Shown here: positions 1 through 8,952 of the stretch, in pieces | Layout: the number at the start of each line of letters is the position of its first letter | Position numbering within the stretch: the stretch's first letter is position 1 | Virus record (IMG/VR): IMGVR_UViG_3300022602_000037 | DNA length: 64,000 nt | Source: a virus | Reading direction: 5' to 3' (one strand) | Notes under the pieces: model-generated | The model's database searches: none | The model's input: the letters and a program-made list of their open reading frames with translations, nothing else | Told to the model about the DNA's origin: nothing | Translations under genes and position numbers: made by a program

Positions 1-1
1 G

Positions 2-157
2 TCATTTACAATCAATCGTTACGACAATGGATTTATGATTGAAGTCGGCGGACGTGATGACAACGACGATTGGAAAAATGCTAAAGTTATTGTTGGTACA
101 GAAGAAGAACTGATTGACGCTATCAAAGAAGCATTGTCTTTACCATTAGCAGAATAA
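2..157 (+). CDS. Hypothetical phage protein, 5'-truncated by the window edge
   Basis: Open frame from base 2 (SFTINRYDNGFMIEVGGRDD...LSLPLAE) to TAA at 155-157; not in the ORF track. Confidence 0.7.
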   Translation, partial: SFTINRYDNGFMIEVGGRDDNDDWKNAKVIVGTEEELIDAIKEALSLPLAE

Positions 158-167
158 GGGGATAAAC

Positions 168-671
168 ATGGCAACATGGACCGTTAGCACACATTATAAA
201 AAATCTTGTCAAGAAGTTGAATTTTGGGTTCGACGTGAAGGCGAAGGTAAAATTATCACTACTAACGGTTTCCGTTATGGTGAATGGACTGTAGAAACTA
301 CAGACGACAATCCTCCAGAGTTTGAGTTTACTTTTGTTCCCGGAGGCGATGGCAAGAAAGACAGCATCAATATGCTAGACTGTGAAGTTAATAATATTGA
401 AAGTGTTGAACTTGTTGAAATGTTTGACGGCGGTTGCTGGTATGATACTGAGTTTGTAGATCTTACTGAAGAAGAGGAAGATGAGCTTCAAGAGTTCATT
501 GATGAAAACAGCATCTACGATTTAGAGGATCGTGACGAAGACGGTTGGTATCAAGATGAAACTGAATGGTGGATCTGGGGACCAATTGAAATTAAAAACG
601 AAGCTGGTGAAACAGTACGCATTATCTGTGCAGATGCCGAGGGTAATGTAGTAGATTTTGTCGAAGAATGA
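168..671 (+). CDS. Acidic hypothetical phage protein
   Basis: 167 aa, D/E-rich; SD-like AAGGGG upstream. Confidence 0.8.
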   Translation: MATWTVSTHYKKSCQEVEFWVRREGEGKIITTNGFRYGEWTVETTDDNPPEFEFTFVPGGDGKKDSINMLDCEVNNIESVELVEMFDGGCWYDTEFVDLTEEEEDELQEFIDENSIYDLEDRDEDGWYQDETEWWIWGPIEIKNEAGETVRIICADAEGNVVDFVEE

Positions 672-673
672 GA

Positions 674-681
674 GATAAATA
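674..681 (+). promoter_or_regulatory. T4-type late promoter -10 element (GATAAATA)
   Basis: One mismatch to the T4 gp55-dependent TATAAATA; intergenic; motif recurs before many genes here. Confidence 0.55.
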
Positions 682-732
682 CATACATTACTCGGGTGCC
701 GCCAGGGCCTTTGTAATACTAAGGAGAAAAAT

Positions 733-1212
733 ATGACCGAAATATATGCCAAGCCTATTGTGGATGGTAAGTTTTGGATTGTAGAGCAAGATGGCTCTAA
801 AATCGCAACGCTACACAAAAAAGAAAATAACAAATTTGTACTTTCTAGTACACAAGGTGAAGTTATGTTTAATCGAAAACAAGACCTCACAAAACAATTT
901 GGTGAAGGGTTCTTCCTCAATAGCAACAAAGTAAAAATCACACAATCGGACCCTTACGAATGCCACGGTTTTGCCACTAGTGTCAAACCTTATAATAGTA
1001 TGTATGATGTAAGACGTCGTTTGCCATTGTTTACAAAAAGTAATCAAAGTAAAAGTCTATACTGTGCAGGTTACTATATTATAAAATTTAACAAAGGATG
1101 GGTTAAAAGTTTTTGCCCTAAGGTTATTACATTAGAACGTAATCCCTATCGAGGGCCTTTTAAGACCGAAATCGAAATGAAACAGGTACTTGCCAATGCA
1201 AAATCCGATTAA
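733..1212 (+). CDS. Hypothetical phage protein
   Basis: 159 aa; strong SD AAGGAG. Confidence 0.85.
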   Translation: MTEIYAKPIVDGKFWIVEQDGSKIATLHKKENNKFVLSSTQGEVMFNRKQDLTKQFGEGFFLNSNKVKITQSDPYECHGFATSVKPYNSMYDVRRRLPLFTKSNQSKSLYCAGYYIIKFNKGWVKSFCPKVITLERNPYRGPFKTEIEMKQVLANAKSD

Positions 1213-1441
1213 TTTATCACCTATCACACAATTTGCTCAACTGGTACGTGCCGCTGAACTTAGCCAAAGTAAAGAAGTCAAAATACCCATTCAACAGGCT
1301 AGGCTTATGAATCTAGCCTTTGTTGAGCTAATGGAACAGGTAAAACAAGACTACGAAAGTATGTTTAATCAATTAAAACAAAGCATTACAACTGAAGTAG
1401 TTAATGTAGAAATGGATGGCGGTGGTTTTGAAGACAAATAA
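1190..1441 (+). CDS. Hypothetical phage protein
   Basis: 83 aa (true start may be the ATG at 1196); overlaps the previous gene. Confidence 0.75.
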   Translation: MPMQNPINLSPITQFAQLVRAAELSQSKEVKIPIQQARLMNLAFVELMEQVKQDYESMFNQLKQSITTEVVNVEMDGGGFEDK

Positions 1442-1442
1442 T

Positions 1443-1476
1443 GATAAATATATGCGTACATTATCGGGGCGCATAT
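1443..1476 (+). promoter_or_regulatory. Late promoter GATAAATA (1443-1450) plus a hairpin over the translation initiation region
   Basis: ATATGCGT (1450-1457) pairs with GCGCATAT (1469-1476) just before ATG 1478. Confidence 0.55.
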
Positions 1477-1477
1477 T

Positions 1478-1762
1478 ATGTCAAGACCAAAGCCAAAAAT
1501 TCTATTAGAGAGCATTAATAAAAAAACCTATAAAGCCGAACAAATATTAGAAGCTGAAGCTATATGGGCAGTATTTTATAAAAACGAGCCTTTTAATCTA
1601 AAGAGCTTTAACAGCCTCACGAGTTATCCCGGACCAAAATATAAAAAAGTTTCTTTTTCAAATCCTGGCCATGCACATAATTTGGCAAAGAAATTAAATC
1701 AGACTTTCAATACAGAGGATTTCCAGGTTGTTATGCTTACACAAGGCACTATTATAAAATGA
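1478..1762 (+). CDS. Basic hypothetical phage protein
   Basis: 94 aa, MSRPKPKILLE... Confidence 0.85.
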   Translation: MSRPKPKILLESINKKTYKAEQILEAEAIWAVFYKNEPFNLKSFNSLTSYPGPKYKKVSFSNPGHAHNLAKKLNQTFNTEDFQVVMLTQGTIIK

Positions 1763-2166
1763 TCACACGAGATGCCCTAACCAAAATATTTTTACAGCAA
1801 TGGGGCAAGACTACAGACGAAGCTAATCTAAAATTGTTTAGTCGTAAATGGTGGCAAAGTACTCGTGCAGGTAAACAAACTAATTTTCGTCTTAGTGACG
1901 AAGGTTATGAATTTTTGGTTAAAGAATTGGATCTAAAAGAATATGAAATTCCTTTTACCGAACCAATCGAATTAAGTCCCCAAACAATTATATTTTTGGA
2001 AAGATATGTAGATTGTCCATATTACCTAACTCCAATGTCAATCACTGTCTTTTCAGAACGCAAGGGTTTCGAGCTAATGTTGTTTAGTGACGACATTAGA
2101 AAATTTGGCATAATAAAAGCCATGAATGAGCGAGAAAAAGAACTAGCAAGTCAAAATAATAGTTGA
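1759..2166 (+). CDS. Hypothetical phage protein
   Basis: 135 aa; ATGA overlap with the previous gene. Confidence 0.85.
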   Translation: MITRDALTKIFLQQWGKTTDEANLKLFSRKWWQSTRAGKQTNFRLSDEGYEFLVKELDLKEYEIPFTEPIELSPQTIIFLERYVDCPYYLTPMSITVFSERKGFELMLFSDDIRKFGIIKAMNEREKELASQNNS

Positions 2167-2191
2167 CAGAGATCATAGTTTCCCATATAAT
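2163..2191 (+). promoter_or_regulatory. Perfect sigma70-type (early) promoter
   Basis: TTGACA (2163-2168), 17 bp, TATAAT (2186-2191). Confidence 0.85.
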
Positions 2192-2248
2192 ACATACATA
2201 GACAGCGTTATTCGTAACAACACTTTTTTAACTAAGATAGGAAACAAC

Positions 2249-3337
2249 ATGCCAGAAATTGCTAGTCGTACCGTTGGCCCAAGCGGCGCCAAAAAGTCTT
2301 TGCGCAAGGCTTTCAAAAATCAGCGTCCAATCTTCCTTTGGGGTCCTCCAGGTATTGGCAAGTCGGACATTATTAAACAATTAGGCACAGAACTCGATGC
2401 TCATGTTATCGATGTACGTTTGAGTTTGTGGGAACCTACCGATATTAAAGGTATTCCATACTTTGATAGTAACGATAGTACTATGCGTTGGGCACCACCT
2501 AGCGAATTGCCTAGCCAAGAATTGGCTAATCAGCATAAACAAATCATTTTGTTCTTAGACGAAATGAACTCTGCGGCTCCTGCTGTACAAGCCGCGGCAT
2601 ACCAATTGATTTTGAATCGTCGTGTAGGCACCTATCACCTACCTGACAATGTTGTACTAGTTGCGGCTGGTAACCGTGAAACTGACAAAGGTGTTACATT
2701 CCGTATGCCTGCTCCGTTGGCTAACCGTTTTGTGCATTTGGAAATGACTGTTGATTGGGATGACTATTTTGAATGGGCAGTTGAAAACAAAATCCATCAA
2801 GATGTAGTTGGTTTTTTGAGCTTCAGTAAAAAGAGCTTGTACGATTTCGATCCAAAATCTAGCTCACGTGCTTTTGCTACACCTCGTTCTTGGAGCTTTG
2901 TAAGTGAATTGTTAACAGATGACGATGTAGACGTAGATACATTGACAGATTTGGTATCAGGTTCGGTCGGTGAAGGATTAGCTGTCAGTTTTATGGCCCA
3001 TCGTAAAATTGCTAGCAAAATGCCTAACCCTACTGACATTTTGAACGGCAAAGTCAAAAAGATGGATTCAAAAGAAATTTCAGCTATGTATAGTTTGACT
3101 GTATCTTTGTGCTATGAATTGAAAGATTCTTGCGAAAAGAAAGTTAAAAACTGGAATGAGCAAGTCAATAACTTTTTCGAATTTATGATGAATAACTTTG
3201 AAACAGAATTGGTTATTATGGGTACTAAATTGGCTTTGAGCACTTACAAATTGCCGTTGGATCCAGATGAAATCAAATGCTTTGACGATTTCCATGCCAA
3301 ATACGGTAAGTATATTAGTGCCGCAACTGAGAAATAA
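2249..3337 (+). CDS. MoxR-like AAA+ ATPase
   Basis: Walker A GPPGIGKS, Walker B ILFLDE, sensor VAAGN, arginine finger PLANRF; adjacent to a VWA gene. Confidence 0.9.
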   Translation: MPEIASRTVGPSGAKKSLRKAFKNQRPIFLWGPPGIGKSDIIKQLGTELDAHVIDVRLSLWEPTDIKGIPYFDSNDSTMRWAPPSELPSQELANQHKQIILFLDEMNSAAPAVQAAAYQLILNRRVGTYHLPDNVVLVAAGNRETDKGVTFRMPAPLANRFVHLEMTVDWDDYFEWAVENKIHQDVVGFLSFSKKSLYDFDPKSSSRAFATPRSWSFVSELLTDDDVDVDTLTDLVSGSVGEGLAVSFMAHRKIASKMPNPTDILNGKVKKMDSKEISAMYSLTVSLCYELKDSCEKKVKNWNEQVNNFFEFMMNNFETELVIMGTKLALSTYKLPLDPDEIKCFDDFHAKYGKYISAATEK

Positions 3338-3353
3338 ATTGGTTTAAGGATAT

Positions 3354-3382
3354 TTGACACCTCCTGCGGGAGGTGTTATAAT
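3354..3382 (+). promoter_or_regulatory. Perfect sigma70-type promoter whose spacer is an inverted repeat
   Basis: TTGACA (3354-3359), 17 bp, TATAAT (3377-3382); ACACCTCC-TGCG-GGAGGTGT palindrome at 3357-3376. Confidence 0.8.
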
Positions 3383-3406
3383 ATATACATACAGTAAAGG
3401 AGCATT

Positions 3407-4591
3407 ATGTCACATACAGATCCAATTATCGACAAAATTATTGTAGCCCGTGTAGGTCTATTACTTCGCCATCCTTTCTTTGGTAATATGGCTACTCGCT
3501 TAAAAATTGAAGAAGGCTCCGAATGGATGGGCACTGCCGCTACAGACGGTCGCACAATTTACTTTAATCGCGAATTTTTTGAACCTCTTACAGTTAAGCA
3601 AGTTGAGTTTGTGATTGCCCACGAAATTCTACATAATGTGTTTGATCACATGAGTCGTAGAGAAAGTCGTAATCCACGCATTTTTAATATTGCCGCAGAC
3701 TATTGTGTAAACGGACAATTAGTCCGAGATCGAATTGGTGATCATAATATTGAAGGTATCAAAATCTTCCATGACCAAAAGTACTACGGTATGGGTGCAG
3801 AAGAAGTATACGATAAAATCTTCGACGAAATGGACGAAGAAGAACTAAATGCTCTTGGCCAGTTACTTGACGATCATATTGATTGGGGAGAAGATGGCAA
3901 AGATGGCAAGCCAAAATATTCTAAAGAAGAATTAAAACAGATTCGTGATGAAATCCGCGAAGCTACAATGCAGGCCGCACAAGCCGCAGGCGCTGGTAAT
4001 ACTCCTGCTAGTGTACAACGCATGATTAAAGAATTAACTGAGCCTAAGATGAATTGGCGTGAAATCTTACGTCAACAAATCCAAAGCACTATTAAGAATG
4101 ATTTTAGTTTTATGCGTCCTAATCGTAAAGGTTGGCACATGAATGCCATTCTTCCAGGTCAACAGTTTCAAGAAACTATTGATATTTGTGTTGCAATTGA
4201 TATGTCAGGTTCTATTGGTGACGAACAGGCAAAAGACTTCTTAACAGAGATTAAAGGTATTATGCAAGAGTATAAAGACTTTAAGATTAAAGTATGGTGC
4301 TTTGATACTAAAGTCTACAACGAAGCTGACTTTGATGGATATAACATTGACGAGTTCGACAGCTATGAACCAATGGGCGGTGGCGGAACTGAGTTTGATG
4401 CCAACTGGGAATACATGAAAGAGAATGACATTCAACCTAAAAAGTTTATCATGTTTACTGATGGATATCCTTGGGGTAGTTGGGGTGATGAAAATTACTG
4501 TGATACAGTATTCATTATCCACGGTAATAACACTATTGTTCCACCATTTGGAGAATATGCTTATTACGAATTTGCTAAAGAGGCGGCATAA
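3407..4591 (+). CDS. Zincin-motif metallopeptidase plus VWA domain protein (DUF2201-like), MoxR partner
   Basis: TAATDG and HEILH (HExxH) in the N-terminal part; MIDAS DMSGS, GGGGT and MFTDG in the C-terminal part. Confidence 0.85.
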   Translation: MSHTDPIIDKIIVARVGLLLRHPFFGNMATRLKIEEGSEWMGTAATDGRTIYFNREFFEPLTVKQVEFVIAHEILHNVFDHMSRRESRNPRIFNIAADYCVNGQLVRDRIGDHNIEGIKIFHDQKYYGMGAEEVYDKIFDEMDEEELNALGQLLDDHIDWGEDGKDGKPKYSKEELKQIRDEIREATMQAAQAAGAGNTPASVQRMIKELTEPKMNWREILRQQIQSTIKNDFSFMRPNRKGWHMNAILPGQQFQETIDICVAIDMSGSIGDEQAKDFLTEIKGIMQEYKDFKIKVWCFDTKVYNEADFDGYNIDEFDSYEPMGGGGTEFDANWEYMKENDIQPKKFIMFTDGYPWGSWGDENYCDTVFIIHGNNTIVPPFGEYAYYEFAKEAA

Positions 4592-4878
4592 TGGCATTAA
4601 AGAATGGCAAACCTAATCCGTTAGATTATTATAATCTTAGAAGGGTTGAGTTTGCCTGTCCTCATTTTAAGTATACAACTATAGATAGGTACACTCCTAC
4701 TATAGTCAAATCTATGGATGCATGGATCCACAAGAATCTAAATAATAGGTATTATGTAGGACAAGGCATAACCTTGGATAATACCAATACCATAGTATAT
4801 AACACCCGTATTGGTTTTGAGTCAGAAAAAGAACTCAGTTTTTTCACGATTGCCTGTCCTTTACTACAAACAAGATAA
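4591..4878 (+). CDS. Hypothetical phage protein
   Basis: 95 aa; TAATG overlap with the previous gene. Confidence 0.8.
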   Translation: MALKNGKPNPLDYYNLRRVEFACPHFKYTTIDRYTPTIVKSMDAWIHKNLNNRYYVGQGITLDNTNTIVYNTRIGFESEKELSFFTIACPLLQTR

Positions 4879-4904
4879 TTAAGTTAGTACTTTAAGGAGA
4901 CAAT

Positions 4905-5153
4905 ATGACTGACGACGTACAACAAAATACAACAGATAATGCTACATCTGATACTCAAAACAGCAATGATTTAACTATTAACGATCTACAATCAATGAAA
5001 GTTATTATTGATATTGCTAGTTCACGCGGTGCGTTCAAACCAAATGAAATGGTAGCAGTAGGTCAAACTTACAACAAGTTAGAAGCATTTTTGAACAATG
5101 TAGCAAAACAAGCAGAAGCACAAAAAGCCGCTCAAGCGACTGCGGGAGTCTAA
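4905..5153 (+). CDS. Hypothetical phage protein
   Basis: 82 aa; SD AAGGAG. Confidence 0.85.
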   Translation: MTDDVQQNTTDNATSDTQNSNDLTINDLQSMKVIIDIASSRGAFKPNEMVAVGQTYNKLEAFLNNVAKQAEAQKAAQATAGV

Positions 5154-5154
5154 T

Positions 5155-5775
5155 ATGGCCGAACTCAAACACGTGGCACGTGTCAAGGCTACTAACAAAA
5201 AATGTCTAGTAGTTTATCGCACACTGCCCGGCGATGCGTATCATTGCCTAATTGTTCCAACTGAAAACATGCCCGATATCTATCATGATGCTATCATCAA
5301 TTTGGTAGAAAGTGGAGCAGGACAGGATGCGTACGAATTTGCCGATGTGTTAGCACGTACACAATTCCCAGATGGTAGTACTATGCTTCCATGGTTACAT
5401 GTAAATGGCCGATTGATCAAAGCACAAACCAGTGAAATTGAAATGATGCCAGCACCCAATTTTGGTATCCTTCTATCTGAGTTGAATCAACTGATTGCCG
5501 AGCAAAGAGGTGTTGCTGTTGACGATTTATCTATCAAATCGGATACTCCTGAAAAAACAGAAGCTCGTCCAATAAGTGAAATTGACAATATGCCTAAAGT
5601 AACTGCTACTGTTGAACAAACAGTACAAGCTACTGTACAAACTACCCAACCAACTTCTTTTGATTCACCAGAATCTGAAGCAAAGTTCTATCGTAGTCAA
5701 GCCGATAAACTAAGCAAAGAAGCCGCACAGATGCGTCGTAAAGCAGAGGAATTGGTTCCGACCAAGAAGAAATAA
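5155..5775 (+). CDS. Hypothetical phage protein
   Basis: 206 aa; tightly packed in the operon. Confidence 0.85.
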   Translation: MAELKHVARVKATNKKCLVVYRTLPGDAYHCLIVPTENMPDIYHDAIINLVESGAGQDAYEFADVLARTQFPDGSTMLPWLHVNGRLIKAQTSEIEMMPAPNFGILLSELNQLIAEQRGVAVDDLSIKSDTPEKTEARPISEIDNMPKVTATVEQTVQATVQTTQPTSFDSPESEAKFYRSQADKLSKEAAQMRRKAEELVPTKKK

Positions 5776-5777
5776 CA

Positions 5778-6098
5778 GTGACTAACTCGGGAAGATATCT
5801 TCCCAAGGAGGTCGTTAAACATTGGCCGGAAGTATTTGAAGACATACGATTAAATGTGGTACCTATGGAGTACCTACATACCGTATTGGTTAATTTCAAA
5901 GACGGAAAAACTTGGGAAATTAAAATAACACATAAAGCCAAACGGGAAGGATGGACTGCCTTTGAAAGAAGTTTGGCCGAGCTTTGCAGAAACTATGAAA
6001 CAAAAATAAACGATATCGACTTTAAGCTAGATACACAAAAAGTTAAAAAAGATATTGAAAAAAGCACTCAAAAATTCCTTAAGAAAAAGAAGCTATAA
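5778..6098 (+). CDS. Hypothetical phage protein
   Basis: 106 aa; GTG start; basic C-terminus. Confidence 0.75.
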   Translation: MTNSGRYLPKEVVKHWPEVFEDIRLNVVPMEYLHTVLVNFKDGKTWEIKITHKAKREGWTAFERSLAELCRNYETKINDIDFKLDTQKVKKDIEKSTQKFLKKKKL

Positions 6099-6101
6099 AT
6101 A
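6094..6101 (+). promoter_or_regulatory. Exact T4 late promoter TATAAATA
   Basis: Exact match, 5 nt before the ATG at 6107 and only 1 nt before the thyX ATG at 6103. Confidence 0.55.
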
Positions 6102-6102
6102 T

Positions 6103-6783
6103 ATGAATGTCCGACTACTTAGTTACAGCCAACCAACTACAGAATTTGCTAGCATGGGAATTGATGACGCCCAAGAGCTCATTGCCTACTGTGCCAGAGT
6201 CAGTAACCCAAGCAATCAACTCAACACAGAAACTAGTGAACGGCTTATCAGGTACCTCATCCGACACCAGCATTGGAGCCCACTTGAAATGGTCTCAGCT
6301 TGCATCGAAATTACAACAACTCGAGACATTGCCCGTCAGATCCTTAGACACAGAAGTTTTAGTTTCCAAGAGTTTAGCCAACGCTATGCTGACCCGACAA
6401 AGGATCTCAACTTTATACTTAGAGATGCCAGAAGGCAGGACCTACAGAATAGACAGAATAGTGTAGAACTAGATGTTCATAATAACGATGAAGATCGTTT
6501 CCTTGCTTATCAGTGGGAACGTATGCAAGAGCTAGTAATTAAACAATCACGCGAAGCGTACGAATGGGCTATTCTAAAAGGTATTGCTAAAGAGCAAGCC
6601 CGTGCTGTATTACCGGAAGGTTTAATCGAAAGTCGGTTGTATATGAATGGCACACTACGCAGTTGGATTCATTTTATCGAATTACGTAGTGCCAACGGCA
6701 CACAAAAAGAACATCAGGAAGTTGCTATTGCTTGTGCAAAAGTTATTTCTGAAATTTTTCCTTTAGCAAAAGATCTTACTTAA
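6103..6783 (+). CDS. thyX: Flavin-dependent thymidylate synthase
   Basis: ThyX motif RHRSFSFQEFSQRY, plus HWSPLE, AKEQARAVLP and GTLRSWIHFIELR; start moved to ATG 6103 (MNVRLLS). Confidence 0.95.
   Translation: MNVRLLSYSQPTTEFASMGIDDAQELIAYCARVSNPSNQLNTETSERLIRYLIRHQHWSPLEMVSACIEITTTRDIARQILRHRSFSFQEFSQRYADPTKDLNFILRDARRQDLQNRQNSVELDVHNNDEDRFLAYQWERMQELVIKQSREAYEWAILKGIAKEQARAVLPEGLIESRLYMNGTLRSWIHFIELRSANGTQKEHQEVAIACAKVISEIFPLAKDLT
6107..6466 (+). CDS. Candidate overprinted gene (119 aa) in the +1 frame of thyX
   Basis: Late promoter at leaderless spacing; thyX codon choice avoids +1-frame stops over exactly this interval. Confidence 0.5.
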   Translation: MSDYLVTANQLQNLLAWELMTPKSSLPTVPESVTQAINSTQKLVNGLSGTSSDTSIGAHLKWSQLASKLQQLETLPVRSLDTEVLVSKSLANAMLTRQRISTLYLEMPEGRTYRIDRIV

Positions 6784-7492
6784 AAGTTTCTGGTGGAAAC
6801 ATTTTAATGTGTTGCTCAAATTCTGCTTCAAGCCAATCATAATCATTTATTTTAGATAACATTTCGTTGTCATCTTTATAGGTTTTTCCAAACCATTCTC
6901 CAGCACTTGCTCCGCCTCGTGCATATTCAGAAAATGGAGCTGAACTATTGTTATAACACCACGTGTTTAATCTTTCGGTAGTTTCTTTATCCAACTGTCC
7001 TGGAATTATTCTACTACTTAATTTAACACATTCTCTAAAAGCAGTGCGCCACGTGCTCAATGCATCGGTATTAAATTTGTTTATATTACTAACTTCTTTT
7101 ATAACTTTGAATCTTTTAGATATGCTAGTAGTCATATCTGGGGCAGATATGTCCATATGCAATGTTAGGTTAGTTGGTAGCAATTTTATGCCGCCGTGTC
7201 CATATTCCAATCCATTTATTGGATTTCTACTATGCCAAACATGCACGATATCCTCTTCGTTGGTATTTAATTGGTTCGTAAACTTAAAAGTATGTAAAAT
7301 TTCAGCATCCGCATCAATTACATAAAACATCGGAGTTTTAACCTTTTTGGCTGCTTCTATGTGTGCTTCCTTAATACCTTTGACACCATGTACTCTGTGT
7401 AACCTATTAAACCCAGTAAATGTTGTAACAAATTGAAAATAATTTGTATTAGCATAGGGCTCGTTATAAGATATAAAAACAATATCATACAT
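6776..7492 (-). CDS. Glycosyltransferase-like protein (GT-A fold)
   Basis: FISYNEP, VHGVKG..AH, DxD motif VIDAD, WRTAFRE; paralog of 7485-8384. Confidence 0.65.
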   Translation of the reverse strand: MYDIVFISYNEPYANTNYFQFVTTFTGFNRLHRVHGVKGIKEAHIEAAKKVKTPMFYVIDADAEILHTFKFTNQLNTNEEDIVHVWHSRNPINGLEYGHGGIKLLPTNLTLHMDISAPDMTTSISKRFKVIKEVSNINKFNTDALSTWRTAFRECVKLSSRIIPGQLDKETTERLNTWCYNNSSAPFSEYARGGASAGEWFGKTYKDDNEMLSKINDYDWLEAEFEQHIKMFPPETFK

Positions 7493-8384
7493 AGCGTTTT
7501 ACTCTCCGGGGTGCATTATGATATACCGTTTTGAAAAATTTACTGCCAGCAGGATCTAAGTTAGCAATTTCTAAACCACATTTTGATTTCAATTCACTTG
7601 CTAAAAAATTAACATAATCAGAATTTGTAGTGGTACTGGCATTTGCATGTCTAGTATTCCAATAATCTAATAACCAATCAAAATCTCTAACATTGCTATA
7701 GTCCCAATCAGTACAATTGGTCATATAAGTGCCTTCCCGTGCGCCTAAAATACTCCAAATGCCATTTTCAACATCGGTTCCTACACTACACCAAATCAAT
7801 AATCTATTGTAGTTTTGCCAATGAGATTTTTTGAGGTCAGGAACTTTGGCACCTTGGTCTAATGACATTTTTACACCTTCCCTGAATCCTGCTCGCCATG
7901 CTTGAAAAGGACTTCCGTTTGTAAAACTTTCACTGTAGTTTTCAGAGAATTGAAAATAGTATTCATCAAAACAAAATTCAACTAATCCTTTAGTATCATT
8001 AGGATCACTGTTTTCATGAGTGCGCATATTGTTGACAAAATCAGGAGTCCACATTTTAAGTCCACCGTTGCCATACATTAGTCCATTCACATGAACATTG
8101 CCGCACCAACTGAATACGTGTTTAGATGTTAAACCCAATGCATCTAGATCTATCTCAACTTCTAAAAATTTAGGATCAACAATATTATCTCCGTCCACAG
8201 TTACAAAGTATTCGGTTTCGCACTGAGCGGCGCAGGCCTTGTGTGCCGCATCACTGCCTTTAACACCATGTACACGTTTGGCCCAAGGAATTTTAGTCAA
8301 TAAATCTGCATAGTGTTTTTCAGCATTAGGTTCGTCATAGCTGAGAAAAATAACATCTTGCTCAATTACTTTTATCTTAGTCAT
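7485..8384 (-). CDS. Glycosyltransferase-like protein (GT-A fold)
   Basis: FLSYDEP, VHGVKGSDAAH, TVDGD, YGNGGLK, AWRAGFREG. Confidence 0.65.
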   Translation of the reverse strand: MTKIKVIEQDVIFLSYDEPNAEKHYADLLTKIPWAKRVHGVKGSDAAHKACAAQCETEYFVTVDGDNIVDPKFLEVEIDLDALGLTSKHVFSWCGNVHVNGLMYGNGGLKMWTPDFVNNMRTHENSDPNDTKGLVEFCFDEYYFQFSENYSESFTNGSPFQAWRAGFREGVKMSLDQGAKVPDLKKSHWQNYNRLLIWCSVGTDVENGIWSILGAREGTYMTNCTDWDYSNVRDFDWLLDYWNTRHANASTTTNSDYVNFLASELKSKCGLEIANLDPAGSKFFKTVYHNAPRRVKRYV

Positions 8385-8952
8385 TTGTTGCTTCGCTTAT
8401 AGTTAGTTTATATTCTAAAGTTGAATCAGTAAACAAAGAAATATCATTTATAGATTTTTCATAATTAGATTCAAAAGGTATAACAAGTTTATCTAGTATG
8501 AGATCTTTGAAAATTAAATTAAAACTTCTAATTAGATAATTTTTTTCATTTTCAAGAGTTAGATATAACTGAACAGAATCTCCGATAAGTTTTTTATCGT
8601 AAAATTTTTGTCTTGTTGTTTCGGTCAATAAAAATGTCCAATGTTCACCCCAAAAAATTTCTATGTCTGGTGTTTTAGAGTCATTTATTAATTTTAATTT
8701 TTTAACTTTTATTGATATTTTATCAGCAGTGATATAAATCAATTCACCATTTTCAACTTTAATATCTGCAAGTTTATTTTTACCTGTGACTATATTTTCG
8801 TAGTCTGTATAAGTAATTTCGATAGAATTAATTGTATTAGATTTTTCATTAGAAACAGAAATTACATTACCTAATTCGTCATAATGCGCATGAAAAGAAG
8901 GATTCCAAACTTGTGGAGGATCGGCAAATTTTATTTTTTTCTTTTTAGGCAT
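8377..8952 (-). CDS. Hypothetical protein in the glycosyltransferase cluster
   Basis: 191 aa; overlaps both neighbours. Confidence 0.75.
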   Translation of the reverse strand: MPKKKKIKFADPPQVWNPSFHAHYDELGNVISVSNEKSNTINSIEITYTDYENIVTGKNKLADIKVENGELIYITADKISIKVKKLKLINDSKTPDIEIFWGEHWTFLLTETTRQKFYDKKLIGDSVQLYLTLENEKNYLIRSFNLIFKDLILDKLVIPFESNYEKSINDISLFTDSTLEYKLTISEATND

